From Octopus vulgaris (lineage: Eukaryota), in contig OX597826.1 of NCBI GenBank assembly GCA_951406725.2, positions 13,826,001-13,890,000 of the forward strand: DNA of 64,000 bases, in the 5' to 3' direction. Both the position numbers and the translations under genes were made by a program. The notes under the pieces were generated by a model. It was not told the DNA's origin and searched no databases. It was given only the letters and a program-made list of their open reading frames with translations. This document shows, piece after piece, positions 23,983 through 37,204 of the stretch. Positions within the stretch are counted from its first letter, which is position 1, and each line of letters starts with the position of its first letter.

Positions 23983-24097
23983 TGCATGTATGTATGTATG
24001 TATGTATGTATGTATGCATGCATGTATGTATGTATGTATGTATGTATGTATGTATGTATGTATGTATGTATGCATGTATGCATGTATGTATGTATGA

Positions 24098-24130
<33 letters not shown>

Positions 24131-24253
24131 TGCATGTATGTATGTATGTATGTATGTATGTACGCATGTATGTATGTATGTATGTATGTATGTATGTATG
24201 TATGTATGTATGTATGTATGTATGTATGCATGTATGCATGTATGTATGTATGA

Positions 24254-24286
<33 letters not shown>

Positions 24287-24393
24287 TGCATGTATGTATG
24301 TATGTATGTATGTATGTATGTATGTATGTATGTATGTATGTATGTATGTATGTATGTATGTATGTATGCATGCATGTATGTATGTATGTATGA

Positions 24394-24425
<32 letters not shown>

Positions 24426-25318
24426 TATGTATGTATGTTATGTATGTATGTATGCATGCGTCTATGTATGTATGTATGTTATGTATGTATGTATGTATGT
24501 ATGTTATGTATGTATGTTATGTATGTATGTATGTATGTATGTATGTATGTATGTATGTATGTATGCATGCGTCTATGTATGTATGTATGTATGTATGTTA
24601 TGTATGTATGTTATGTATGTATGTATGTATGCATGCGTCTATGTATGTATGTATGTATGTATGTTATGTATGTATGTTATGTATGCGTCTATGTATGTAT
24701 GTATATATGTATGTATGTTATGTATGTATGCATGCGTCTATGTATGTATGTATGTATGTATGTTATGTATGTATGTTATGTATGTATGTATGTATGTATG
24801 CATGCGTCTATGTATGTATGTATGTATGTATGTTACGTATGTATGTATGTATGCGTCTATGTATGTATGTATATATGTATGTATGTTATGTATGTATGCA
24901 TGCGTCTATGTATGTATGTATGTATGTATGTATGTATGTATGTATGTATGTATGTATGTATGTATGTATGTATGTATGTATGTATATATGTATGTATGTT
25001 ATGTATGTATGTTATGTATGTATGTATGCATGCGTCTATGTATGTATTTATGTATGTATGTATGTATGTTATGTATGTATGTTATGTATGTATGTTATGT
25101 ATGTATGTATGCATGCGTCTATATATGTATGTATGTATGCATGTATGTATGTATGTATGTATGTATGTATGTATGTATGTATGTATGTATGTATGTATGT
25201 ATGTATGTATGTATGTATGTATGTATGTATGTATGTATGTATGTATGCATGCGTCTATATATGTATGTATGTATGCATGTATGTATGTATGTATGTATGA
25301 ATGTATGTATGCATGTAT
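23843..25318. repeat. ~1.5-kb (TATG)n microsatellite with recurring interruptions
   Basis: Directly visible; explains the 505-aa MYVC ORF. Confidence 0.95.
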
Positions 25319-25574
25319 TGTTTGTTTATTGTCAAGTTTTAATAAAACCAGCTTTCCATTAAACTGAAATATAACTCAATACTTTTCTGTAGAAAACATT
25401 TATTTATGTTATTTCTTAACAAAACTAGCAATGAGAGTGACTTCGAAGTTTCGGCCTCCTAACCCATCACCCGATGATGACTTAACAGACCGAAACTTGG
25501 AATTCACTATCAATGCTATTCTATATATAGTCTCTCTCTCCTTCTCTCTCTTTCTCTCTCTCTCTCTCTGTCTG

Positions 25575-25644
<70 letters not shown>

Positions 25645-25807
25645 TCTCGTAGTCCGTACGCATGAACAAGCAGCAGCAGCTGAGGTTTGCGGTCAAGTAA
25701 CCACGTGTGTACACATTCATTTCTGTATACACACACATACGCACAAATATATATCTATATACATGCATGTATAAATGTATTCATATACGTACATACATAT
25801 GTGTATG

Positions 25808-25885
<78 letters not shown>

Positions 25886-26174
25886 CATATATATATATAC
25901 ACACATATATGTGCATAAATACATACGTGTGCATATATATTTATACATACATACCCGTATCTATCTACCTATATTATCCTAAATCTCAAAGTTTATTTTC
26001 CTTTCATTTGATTAAGACGATGAAGATTACAAATGAAATAATCGTTCCCTCTTTTAAGAAAGAGAGAGTCGTGTTAGCTACCATCGTCCATCCTTTTTTC
26101 TTACTTTCTCTTTTCTCCCCTTAATCATTTATACAACGTTCGGAGCGCCGTGAAGATATTTTTGAATCAAGGTA

Positions 26175-26388
26175 CTCTTACTCTTTACTCTTTTACTTGT
26201 TTCAGTCATTTGAATGCGGCCATGCTGGAGCACCACCTTTAGTCGAGCAAATCGACCCCAGGACTTATTCTTTGTAAGCCTAGTACTTATTCTATCGGTC
26301 TCTTTTGCCGAACCGCTAAGTGACGGGGACGTAAACACACCAGCATCGGTTGTCAAGCAATGCTAGGGAGACAAACACAGACACACAA

Positions 26389-26433
<45 letters not shown>

Positions 26434-26605
26434 CATATATACGACAGGCTTCTTTCAGTTTCCGTCAACCAAATCCACTCACAAGGCATTGGTCGGCCCG
26501 GGGCTAAAGCAGAAGACACTAGCCCAAGGTGCCACGCAGTGGGACTGAACCCGGAACCATGTGGTTGGTTAGCAAGCTACTTACCACACAGCCACTCCTG
26601 CGCCT
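26175..26605 (-). mobile_element. SINE family A
   Basis: Family consensus match. Confidence 0.9.
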
Positions 26606-26789
26606 ATTTGATTCATTTTTTTTTTTTTCCTTTCTTAAAAAGGAAAATTATTATTTTGTTTAAAATGAAATATTAATCTTTATCCTTTAAACCAAAAGGC
26701 AGAAAAACAGACAAAGAGACTATCTCTTTATAGATGAAGATCCGTTGCAATGGGACGAGCTGAATCTCATAAGAATGGAAAAACAAACA

Positions 26790-27375
26790 ACAAATGGGTT
26801 TTACCTTATAATGAAACTCTTTTAGGATCATTCAAATGCTACTGCAACGTCTGAAATTGTTGTCTCAGTGAGGTCAATTAAGTACGTCATCAAGTACACG
26901 CTGAAAGGAAATGACCACGCTGTTTTCATATAAACAATGATAAAGAAATTAGTCAATATCTAATGATTAGGCATATTGGACGACCCGAAGCGAAGCAGTT
27001 GCACCCATTTTAGGATTTCCAATTCATAAAAGAGTACCTGCAATCGTGAGATTGCAAGTTCATCTACCAGATGAACAAAGAATGTTGCTCAGAAATAATG
27101 AGGATAGATATGACTGTCAATGAACGACATATGAGAACAACATTGACAAAATTTTTTTGATTGTGTATCAATGATGACTTTGCAAAATCATTACTTTATA
27201 CTGAAGTATTTAACTCGGAACAATAGGAACAAAGAATGGCAAAGAAGGAAGCGAGGGAATAAAGTTGAAGGCCATTTGAACGTTTTCAAAGAAGAAACAC
27301 TTGGTCGTATTTATGTTGTCAGACCAAAGGCAGAAGAACTATATTATTTAAGTATTTTACTGCATGAAGTTCTAA
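26790..27375 (+). mobile_element. Degenerate Helitron RepHel coding fragment
   Basis: Frameshifted peptides SVRSIKYVIKYTLKGNDH (Rep two-Tyr motif), LGFPIHKRVPAIVRLQVHLP, TTLTKFF*LCINDDFAKSLLYTEV and LGRIYVVRPKAEELYYLSILLHEV. Confidence 0.85.
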
Positions 27376-27802
27376 ATAGTAGTTTTTCCTTTCCCGCTGC
27401 ACATCGACTTTTTCAACTTGGAGTGGTTGTGACCCATCGGGTCACGACGGGTGCATCCACTACATGTATGAATATATATGGATACATCTTTTATCTTTTA
27501 CTTGTTACAGTCATTAAACTACTGCCATGCTGGGGCACCATCTTGGAGTGCATTAATCGATTGTATGGAACCCAGTGCTTAGCTTTAAGTGCCTGGCATT
27601 TATTTTATCGGTCTCTTTTGCCGAACCGCTATGTTATGAATACATAAACAAAGCAACAGCGGTTGTCAAATGTAGTAGGGGACAAACACGAAAATAACAC
27701 AAACGCACGCACATACACACACATACATATATATAAATACACATACACACATATATATATACATATATATATACATACATACATATATATATACATACAT
27801 AC

Positions 27803-27883
<81 letters not shown>

Positions 27884-28432
27884 TTCAGCAAAATTTAGAT
27901 TCAAATGAATATGGTACTTAAGTCAGACGGACCAGAATTTTGTACGGTATTATCCATATAAATCCATGTGGTGATTATAATCAAAGTAAGCAACAAGAAT
28001 ATCTTCGGTAATTTGGTACGATCGTTTCATGCTACATCATTTTATTAAACACTGGTGGGGTGTACATTATTCTGGAAAGTTATAGTGAGATTTGGGAGTA
28101 AAATAGTTTGGGAAACAGTTTTATGTGAAGAATCGTTCATAATAACAGACGAAAAGTAGATGTGTTTAGTAAAGCTTAGTAAGTACTTGGACAATAGAAA
28201 AGAAAGTTCCTCTGACAATTTTATATAAACAACTAATGACAATTAATGTATAATAAAAGTATACAATGTAAAGTATACTAGCCATCTCAATATGACTAAC
28301 CACAAAGGGTGGGTTTTACAGTAGCTTTTAGCCCCAGGAAATCATCGTCTCCAGCTGGCTTTAGGCACACTTTCTGTGCCCTTATGGTATTTGCAAAGGG
28401 AGGTCATCCCTCCCTCGTAAACCTAAGCGATA

Positions 28433-28478
28433 CGCACGGACTGCAGTTTCGAGGTAATTTGCCTCTTGTCAACGTACG
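28433..28478 (-). ncRNA. Type I hammerhead motif with U3-A8 core (family 1)
   Basis: cgtacg-TTGACAA-gagg caaatta cctc-GAAA-ctgcag-TC-cgtgcg; palindromic helix III ACTGCAGT. Confidence 0.75.
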
Positions 28479-29141
28479 GTAATCAGTATACTAGTTCATG
28501 GGAAAAGACCGAGTGAGCAAAATCTTAGCTATAAGGTCAAAATTCCTTGTAGTACTACTTCTGCGATTGAAAAGGAAAATAAATACCATTAAGTAATGGA
28601 GCTGTTTTGGCTTAATCGACTAATACATCTACTATCTTTGTTACAGGTATGCTGCTAAATTAAATAGCAGCTACCTCTCTGCATTGTCTTAAAATCACAC
28701 TGCATTGTCTTAAAAAGGACTGTTAGAATGTTGCTTCAGATATGCAAAAGATGAGTTGGCGATAACTGAAGAAGTGCTAAGGTAGCTAAGATGAAAACGG
28801 CAACACCTGCTAACTAAATTGAGCTTTCGAAAGTTACTTTCCTCGCCACGATGAAGACGAAAAAGAAGAGGATAATTTCAAGGGAGATAACTTCTGTTTC
28901 GTTGTACCCTTATGTAATTATTTCCCTTGGATTGAATTGTTAACTTAATCACGGGCAACAAATTGTGATATGGATTAGATTTTGCACGTTTCAATATTTT
29001 GGGGGTTTTTGGTTGGCCTTGTCATTTCAGCATCGGATAAAATATTTTGCACCATTCTGAGTTTAGATACAACCCAGGTCGGCCTTACATTTCTACTTTG
29101 CGGGATCGGTGAGATAAAGTAACCAATAAAGTACTGAAATA

Positions 29142-29314
29142 GGCGCAGGAGTGGCTGTGTGGTAAGTAACTTGCTTACCAACCACATGGTTCCGGGTTCA
29201 GTCCCACTGCGTGGCACCTTGGGCAACTGTCTTCTACTATAGCCTCCGGCCGACCAAAGCCTTGTGAGTGGATTTGGTAGGCAGAAACTGGAAGAAGCCC
29301 GTCGTATATATATA

Positions 29315-29385
<71 letters not shown>

Positions 29386-29585
29386 TTGTGTGTCTGTGTT
29401 TGTCCCCCCGACATCGATTGACAACCGATGCTGGTGTGTTTACGTCCCCATAAATTAGCGATTCGGCAAAAGAGACCGATAGAATAAGTACTAGGCTTAC
29501 AAATAATAAGTCCTGGAGTCAATTTCCTCGACTAAAGGCAGTGCTCCAGCATGGCCGCAGTTAAATGACTGAAATAAGTAATAGA

Positions 29586-29592
<7 letters not shown>
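29142..29592 (+). mobile_element. SINE family A followed by (GA)n
   Basis: Family consensus match. Confidence 0.9.
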
Positions 29593-29651
<59 letters not shown>

Positions 29652-30229
29652 AATAAACACTCCCTCAAAATTTTCAGTTCTTGCATCTGTGTTAAAAAAG
29701 AAAAAAAATACATATCGTATCTGTCATGAATCAAAATAAACGGTGACATTTATCGAATTAACGCCTACCAATATCATAATCCGTCCAAATTATTAGTAGA
29801 AACTTGTAAATACATCATTGGAATTGATATCATTTTCCGTGAGAAATCATTTGGAAAAATGGCTTAATATATCTTCTTTCTCATTTTTTCAACCATTGCT
29901 TAGGGATATTGCTGACGCTAAAAGTTTGCTTCATAAATATATAGTCCAAAGTTTCATCCTACTGCATAGCATTTTTTTAAACAAGTATTTTCTAAGGTAA
30001 CATATGGCTAATAAGAACTGAAACTTCCATGCGTTAACATGTACCTTCTTGCAACAATGTAAACTTTAATTTAATCAAGATATCCTTGGCCTGAAGAGTA
30101 ACCTGCGATGTACACCTCGCTTGGATATTTACCACATTTGAGATTCCGCTCGCTATGAAACGTTTGTAGTCCGAATCTTATGTACTCCATTCCTTAACCC
30201 TTATATATATAAGAGAGAACAATATCCCA

Positions 30230-30640
30230 AAAATTGGAAGCGGGCTCTCTCTGACGACCTCCCATACAGCACCAAAGCAGCTTGATTAACATACCTTGAA
30301 GGAGATCTGGATCTGAAACGCTCAGCATACTAAAACAAGGCTATGCATCGGTAAGTTTCCCGAACGCTTGAAGTAATATCGACATGTTGCGAAGCCTCTC
30401 TTGGACTCAGGCCCACTACATTACATCACAATTCGTAGCCTGTGCATTTGCAACCCAAGAACAGGAGATTGCTACGGAATACCCTAATAAACAGAAGTGA
30501 CAGTGAAACCCCTGGAGGTCCTAGATGCAACCGTAGATTATGCCATATTTCTGCGGAAGACATCGCCCATGTGATTAGCAGCTCCCAAAAATGTCAAGGT
30601 AATACTTCTATGCGTCACGAAGGTGTAAATGCCATTCGGA
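30230..30640 (+). mobile_element. R4/Dong-like non-LTR fragment (post-RT CCHC region)
   Basis: SQFVACAFATQEQEIATEY and, after a frameshift, CNRRLCHISAEDIAHVISSSQK...MRHEGV. Confidence 0.6.
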
Positions 30641-31111
30641 AAAAAAGTCTATCCTAGAATAAATATTGAAAATCTCCTTGTTATTGAATGCACACACAAA
30701 CACCATCAATGAACATGAATATATGAAAAGAGAAACTCACTGCGAGTGAGAAGTGTAATCCAACATGCCTTACAATGACGCTCAGGGACAAAAGGTTTTT
30801 TTTTTTTTTCATAAGTTTATAGTCGACGGTACTTGCTTAAGATACTATGTAGTAAGATCTGAATCCGTAACATCATGATTGCAACGGAAAATCTCTAACC
30901 ACTCAGTCACAACTGCTTCCATGTATAATATAAACAAATTTACCAACACATATTTCACGGATAACTTGCCTTTGGATTGTTATGAAATAATTGTATTGAG
31001 GAAGTGGGTGAGAGAGAGTGGGGAAACCATGTCATAGCAACGGCATCTCATTAAATCCAGCAACCGACTTTTAAAATGAGAGGAAACATTCGATAACGTA
31101 ATCACAGATAT

Positions 31112-31519
31112 AGGCGCAGGAGTGGCTGTGTGGTAAGTAGCTTGCTAACCAACCACATGGTTCCAGGTTCAGTCCCACAGCGTGGCATCTTGGGCAAGTG
31201 TCTTCTGCTATAGCCCCGGGCCGACCAATGCCTTGTGAGTGGATTTGGTAGACGGAAACTGAAAGAAGCCTGTCGTATGTATGTATATATGTATGTGTGT
31301 GTATATGTTTGTGTGTCTGTGTTTGTCCCCACAACTTCACTTGACAACCGATGCTGGTGTGTTTACGTCCCCGTCACTTAGCGGTTCGGCAAAAGAGACC
31401 GATAAAATAAGTACTGGGCTTACAAAGAATAAGTCTCGGGGTCGATTTGCTCGACTAAACGCGGTGCTCCAGCATGGCCGCAGTCAAATGACTGAAACAA
31501 GTAAAAGAGTAAAAGAGAG
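31112..31519 (+). mobile_element. SINE family A
   Basis: Family consensus match. Confidence 0.9.
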
Positions 31520-32954
31520 AGATATACAGAAAGCTAGCGTAATCGCGCTCAGAACCCATTTAGTCTTAGGTTTTCCTAATCAAGGCTGACCTGAAACTAA
31601 AACAACAACAATAGATTTTATTTTTTATAATTTTTTATTCTTTAGATTTATAATTAATTTTAATATCAAAGAAATACTTTCTCTTGTTTCAAATAGAAAA
31701 CCTTAAAGCCAGAAATTTTGAGAATAGGGGAGAATCGATTACATCGATCCCTAAGTACTTTGTTTTTTATTTTATTGACCTGGGGCAAAATGAGTCCTTT
31801 CTGATTTTCCGCTAATTTCTCTTTACCTGTTTGGAACTATTACAATGTGAATCATCATTTTCAACTGTTGTATTTTCGACTTGAGATTATAAAAGTTGGT
31901 AAGCATAGTTGTTTTGAAGTTGAGATGGTTTGATAAATATGTTTTTTTGTTTTTTTTTTCAAGAAATTTTTCCTCAATTTTGGCCCGATTGTAATTGAGA
32001 TGGTTAATAAAATATCTGGATACTTTTTGGTGTTTAGAACTTAATAGTCTTTTCTCTGTTGGATTCCAAGTCAATTTCTTTCCCAACACTAATGTCTAAT
32101 TTGTTAATCTTCCAAATTTTCAAAATATGACGTCTAAAGTATGACAAAATGAGCAATACCTATTTTTAATAATCCTTTTCCTTTTAACTTCATGGTGTAT
32201 AAATATTGGGAAGCGAACTATTCCAGAAGATCCAGGAGAAATTATAGAGAATATTCTAAGTTGAGTTTTTAGATTTAGCCGAGTTTCGTTAATTTCACCC
32301 CATATGTTATTTTTCCAAGATTCTTTTTCATTTGACCTGCATACTTTTTCCTTCCTGGTATATTTCTGATCAATCTGATGGCTATAGAAATGCATGAGTT
32401 TGCTTTTCAAAAGTAATTCTAGAGAATTGAAGAAGTACATTTACCTTATTTTGTTTTACCCTTTTTTACCACACCTAAATTTGTCTTTTGCATACTCAAA
32501 GAAAACGGAGATAATTTTCTGAAATAGTGTTCTAAATATGTTGTAGTGATTGTAATGTATTCAGAGAAGGTCATTTGTTTAGCTGATATAGTTTTTTCTA
32601 AGGCAGAGAACGTTTGTAATTTTTTTTTCTCAAAGACAAAAATGCAGCGAATATTACTCATCGTATTAACTGCCTTTCTTCAAAATTGCTTATCCGATTA
32701 ACTGGCCAGTTAGATTTGTGGTAATATTTGTTATGTTAAGTCGTTGAACGCTTGGTTGTCTGCGTAATCTTTGCTTCTTTCACCAGCAATATTTGTTGTC
32801 GATTATGTTACTGCAGTCGAAATGCTGTCCGAAAATCCAGCCGAGATGCCTGGCCTGAAATCAGTAAGTATATACATATACGTATAAAAGCCAATTCATG
32901 TATATATGCATGTATGTCTATATATCCATATATATATCTATGTATATATATATA

Positions 32955-33212
32955 TATATGAATAAATGAAAGAATGGAGTCGAACGAAGATTTTAACAAA
33001 ATTCCACTGTGGACACCATGTAGGCAGTCATCAAAAAGTTTTTGTTCGTCTTGAGGCTGATAGAGGTTCATTGTCTTTCCTGATGAGAAGACGGCATAAT
33101 GCACCCTTTATTCCTTCGGAATTAAGAGTATGCAGTCTTCGAAACATGTGTTGAGAGTAAAGGAATTTTGTTAAAATCTTCGTTCGACTCCATTCTTTCA
33201 TTTATTCATATA
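32955..33212 (+). mobile_element. Penelope-like terminal fragment: hammerhead enclosed by ~51-bp inverted repeats
   Basis: 32955-33005 is the reverse complement of 33162-33212. Confidence 0.75.
33075..33157 (+). ncRNA. Type I hammerhead with extended helix II (family 4)
   Basis: ctttc-CTGATGA-gaagac g gcata...tatgc a gtcttc-GAAA-c atgt g-TT-gagag. Confidence 0.75.
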
Positions 33213-33539
33213 AAAAAAACTCAAATTTCCACACAAGAACACGGGGTTTCTGCCCTTGGCATGTAGCTTCAACCATGTTTTCTGACGAGCGCTGCTAAAA
33301 ATGGGAGACAAGAAATACTCAAATAAGCCACCATTTCACTGATAACTCAACAGGCTGACTAAAATCGAAGAACGAGTAAACTTTTACTTACTACTGGGAC
33401 TGAAAGTCGCAAATGAGGATCACAGATATACCTATATCATGTGATTTAGAACTTTGAGATATTTCTCTTAGTTCTCATCAGTAGGTCTTGCTGTTGCCAT
33501 CGGTTAAATTTATACCAATATCGTTATTTTATTTATATA

Positions 33540-33920
33540 CAAGCAGTATCGCCCGGCGTTGCTCGGGTTTGTTTCGACCCTTTAGAATTGGAATTTTTGA
33601 AAAGTTAAAATTTTACATTATGTAGCTTGTTATTCTCGTTAAGTGAACGTTTTTCTGGTTGAAATACACCGAAAAATGGCGACACAGCAGTCAAAAACTA
33701 AGGTTTTTCATCGAAAAAAAGCGCCTTTTTCATGTAAATAATTTTTGGTCTTAACATGGTCCGATTTGAATTTTATCTTCTACGGAATGAAGAGCAAGTC
33801 TTCTTCTATCATACTCTCAATTTTGGTCCAACTTACGTCGCAGGGTCTCGGAGGAGATAGTGTTAGTTGAAGGCTACCAAACTTGCCACACACAGACAAC
33901 TTCAGCTTTATATATATAGA
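33540..33920 (-). mobile_element. Non-autonomous Helitron (different internal sequence, same 3' end as 8724-9111)
   Basis: Minus strand starts tctatatatataaagctgaag and ends aaacccgagcaacgccgggcgatactgCTTG. Confidence 0.8.
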
Positions 33921-34407
33921 TATATAGATATATAGATATATAGATATATAGATATATATTATTTTTTACTAAATGCATAGTATTGACAATTATTTAATCA
34001 TTTATTTATTTAATCAACTAATTAAAATAAGTAATACTCTTAGTAATTAAGCAGAAACATATGTGGGAAAATTATTTATTTATAAGGAGAAATAAATAAA
34101 GGATTATTATATCTGTTTCCATTGTCTACCTTATTACATTTTCTCGGGACCTACTACATTAAGTATTGTAATTGGATTTAATACTCTGTGTGGTAAGAAC
34201 CAAATTTGGGACTGCATTTATATCTACAGCAATCTCGAGTATAACCAGCCGAAATTGCAAAGATAATCTGGAACTCTATCGAGGATAGAAAACTCCGAAT
34301 GATCCGTCCTTGTTTTCCGTGTATCGTCTGTCTGGCTATTTTGTTGTCCCTTTTTTGTTTCACATAACTTTCAGGATGTGTTGCGTTCTTGTCCCATTTT
34401 TGTATTT

Positions 34408-34467
<60 letters not shown>

Positions 34468-34545
34468 ATAAATATTAGGGAATAAATCCAAATTTACAGG
34501 GAAAAAATCAGATTTAGGATTAAATCCAATTTTATAGTAAAATAT

Positions 34546-34835
34546 TATATAATATTAATTCGAGACAAAACCACTATTTTGCAAAACAAACAAGGAAAGA
34601 CTTAATCAATACATAAAAATTTTTAATATAAAGAAATAAACCGCCACTACAATCGTTTCATGTCTTCAATGACATTCGTCAGGTGGATTTTCGATCTCCT
34701 AATCTGTTTTAATTGTAGACATGAAACGATTGTAGTGGCGGTTTATTTCTTTATATTAAAAATTTTTATGTATTGATTAAGTCTTTCCTTGTTTGTTTTG
34801 CAAAATAGTGGTTTTGTCTCGAATTAATATTATAT
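34546..34835. repeat. ~119-bp near-perfect inverted repeat with ~51-nt spacer (Penelope-type inverted terminus)
   Basis: 34546-34665 is the reverse complement of 34717-34835; a hammerhead overlaps the left arm; a related decayed fragment lies at ~3250-3410. Confidence 0.9.
34644..34686 (-). ncRNA. Type I hammerhead ribozyme (family 5)
   Basis: ccac-CTGACGA-atgtc attgaa gacat-GAAA-cgattg-TA-gtgg; all three helices and a GUA triplet are present. Confidence 0.85.
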
Positions 34836-35316
34836 ATATATTCATGTAAATATACATATATATGTAGATATATACATACATGTATGTATATACGCATATA
34901 TTTATATCATATATAAATATATATACATCTTTAAAGACATCTGTTCCAGTGTTTATGTAGAATAAAAAGTATGCGTATGAGAGTGTATGTGTATAATATG
35001 TATGTGTATGAGTGTCTACCCGTAAAGACGTATAAATGCTATTTTGGTTTTGATTTTTTAAATTTAAATTGTGTAAGAAGATACCAGTTTATATGTCTAT
35101 ATCCTTTTCCCTTAATAAAAATGTGTTTTATGCACATGTGTTCCCGAGGAAGAGCTTCTGTGATGTTTAATGCCTAGCGTTGTCGGACATTAGCAAGCCT
35201 GCAATAAACACAGACATCTCTCTCCGTAAATCTTCGCTCGCGAAGTCAAGCCGAAAGGTTTTTCCACGGAATTTCTTATCAGTTTGAACTCAGATACTCT
35301 TTTACAACACCGATGT

Positions 35317-35749
35317 TGGATCTTTTCGGTTTGAACGGCAGTTTTTAACATAATTTCTAGGTAACTAAAAAATTTAAAACTTCGTATACTGGTAAAATTG
35401 TGTTTATAAAACATCTTTTTCTCTTGGCTTTATTGAGAAAATTCTATAGTTTGTAAGATATTTGTTAGATTTTCTTTTTCTTCAATTTCTGCAATTTCAA
35501 CCAATCACTGACGTTTATTGAGATAAAAAAAAAAAACATTCTGTGCCGTATGAATATGTCCCTCGTTTAAGAAACAGATTGGGTTTATTTACAATTCTGA
35601 AGAAAAAACGATACCCACCCCTAACCCTAATTAACCCTAACCCTAAAACAGATTGAAATGCAATAGATCGATACTAGGGTCATTATTATGGGTGACAATT
35701 TCATATGACACCGCTAGAAAAAAACTGCCGTTCAAACCGAAAAGATCCC
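35317..35749. mobile_element. MITE with ~30-bp TIRs and 6-bp TSD (CGATGT)
   Basis: cgatgt|tggatcttttcggtttgaacggcag ... ctgccgttcaaaccgaaaagatccc|cgatgt; same family as 6470-6874. Confidence 0.9.
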
Positions 35750-35892
35750 CGATGTTTTCTTAATCAATTTATTTTCAGCGTTTTCTTTTTATTGCCCCAT
35801 ACATTGTTGCTTTTTAAAAAAAAATTTGTTGAAGAGAAGTGTAGTTATTCGTTTGTATGTTTGCATGTGATAATAAACAATATCATATAATC

Positions 35893-36265
35893 TGAGTGGC
35901 TGTGTGGTAAGTAGCTTGCTTACCTACCACATGGTTCCGGGTTCAGTCCCACCGCGTGGCACCTTGGGCAAGTGTCTTCTACTATAGCCTCGGGTCGACC
36001 AAAGCCTTGTGAGTGGATTTGGTAGACGGAAACTGAAAGAAGCCCGTCGTATATATGTATATATATATATATGTGCGTGTGCGTTTGTGTGTCTGTGTTT
36101 GTCCCCCTAGTATTGCTTGACAACCGATGCTGGTGTGTTTATGTCCCCGTCACTTAGTGGTTCGGCAAAAAGAGACCGATAGAATAAGTACTGGGGTCGA
36201 GTTGCTCGAGTAAAGGCGGTGCTCCAGCATGGCCGTAGTCAAATGACTGAAACAAGTAAAAGAGA
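35893..36265 (+). mobile_element. SINE family A
   Basis: Family consensus match. Confidence 0.9.
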
Positions 36266-36587
36266 GCCTGAAATGCATCATCGATTTTATTTTATTTTTT
36301 TCTTTGTATTTCCAAATGCTTGGATAGTATTAATAAAAGACCGTTCTTTCGCCTTCCTTTATTTCTTTAGCATCATCAACGTACCGCTTACCAGTTATGA
36401 AGAACATTTAATTGCCAAAATTAAAGGACAAAGATAGCGCTCTTGTAAATGTCTCCTCCCTATATGTGTGTGTGTGCGCGCTAGTTTATATTTATGTGTG
36501 TATACTTCCAACTATATATGCGCGCCTGTATCTGTATAAGTATTCGGGTATAAATATAAGCAATTAGGTATGTGTTTATATATGTGA

Positions 36588-36966
36588 GGAGGTGCAATGG
36601 CCCAGTGGTTAGGGCAGCGGACTCGCGGTCATAGGATCGCGGTTTCGATTCCCAGACCGGGCGTTGTGAGTGTTTATTGAGCGAAAACACCTAAAAGCTC
36701 CACGAGGTTCCGGCAGAGGATGGTGGTGATCCCTGCTGTACTCTTTCACCACAACTTTCTCTCACTCTTACTTCCTGTTTCTGTTGTACCTGTATTTCAA
36801 AGGGCCGGCCTTGTCACTCTCTGTGTCACGCTGAATATCCCAGAGAACTACGTTAAGGGTACACGTATCTGTGGAGTGCTCAGTCACTTACACGTTAATT
36901 TCACGAGCAGGCTGTTCCATTGATTCGGATCAACCGGAACCCTCGTCGTCGTAACCGACGGAGTAC
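36588..36966 (+). mobile_element. SINE family B, full length
   Basis: A box tggcccagtgg, B box gtttcgattcc; near-identical to 38904-39280. Confidence 0.9.
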
Positions 36967-37204
36967 TTCCCATATATGTGAATAGGTGTTTTGTGCGTAT
37001 TTGTGTGTTCACTTTTATATTATCATCTTTCTATCTGCAACCAAATTTTCTTTAAACATTCATTGCTAGTAAACATATTTCTCGACGTGGTAGAAATAAT
37101 AGCGAAATCTCATTCAAATGATACCTCGTTATTGTTTAAAAAAAAAACCGACTTGGTATACTATAATCGTAGATATTCTATGTTTCAATACAGATGAGAT
37201 TATA

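Noticed and set aside
23850-25367. 505-aa ORF and the many other [12 protein letters not shown] and poly-F/L/S ORFs
   Set aside because: They are translations of (TATG)n, (CA)n, (TA)n and (GAA)n microsatellites, which lack stop codons by composition.
35619-35646. Telomere or chromosome-fusion signature
   Set aside because: Only about four CCCTAA units, and they are internal to a MITE.
36588-36662. tRNA genes at SINE heads (also 38904, 55875, 63376)
   Set aside because: A/B boxes are present, but no proper acceptor stem is evident and each head runs into a repeat body.
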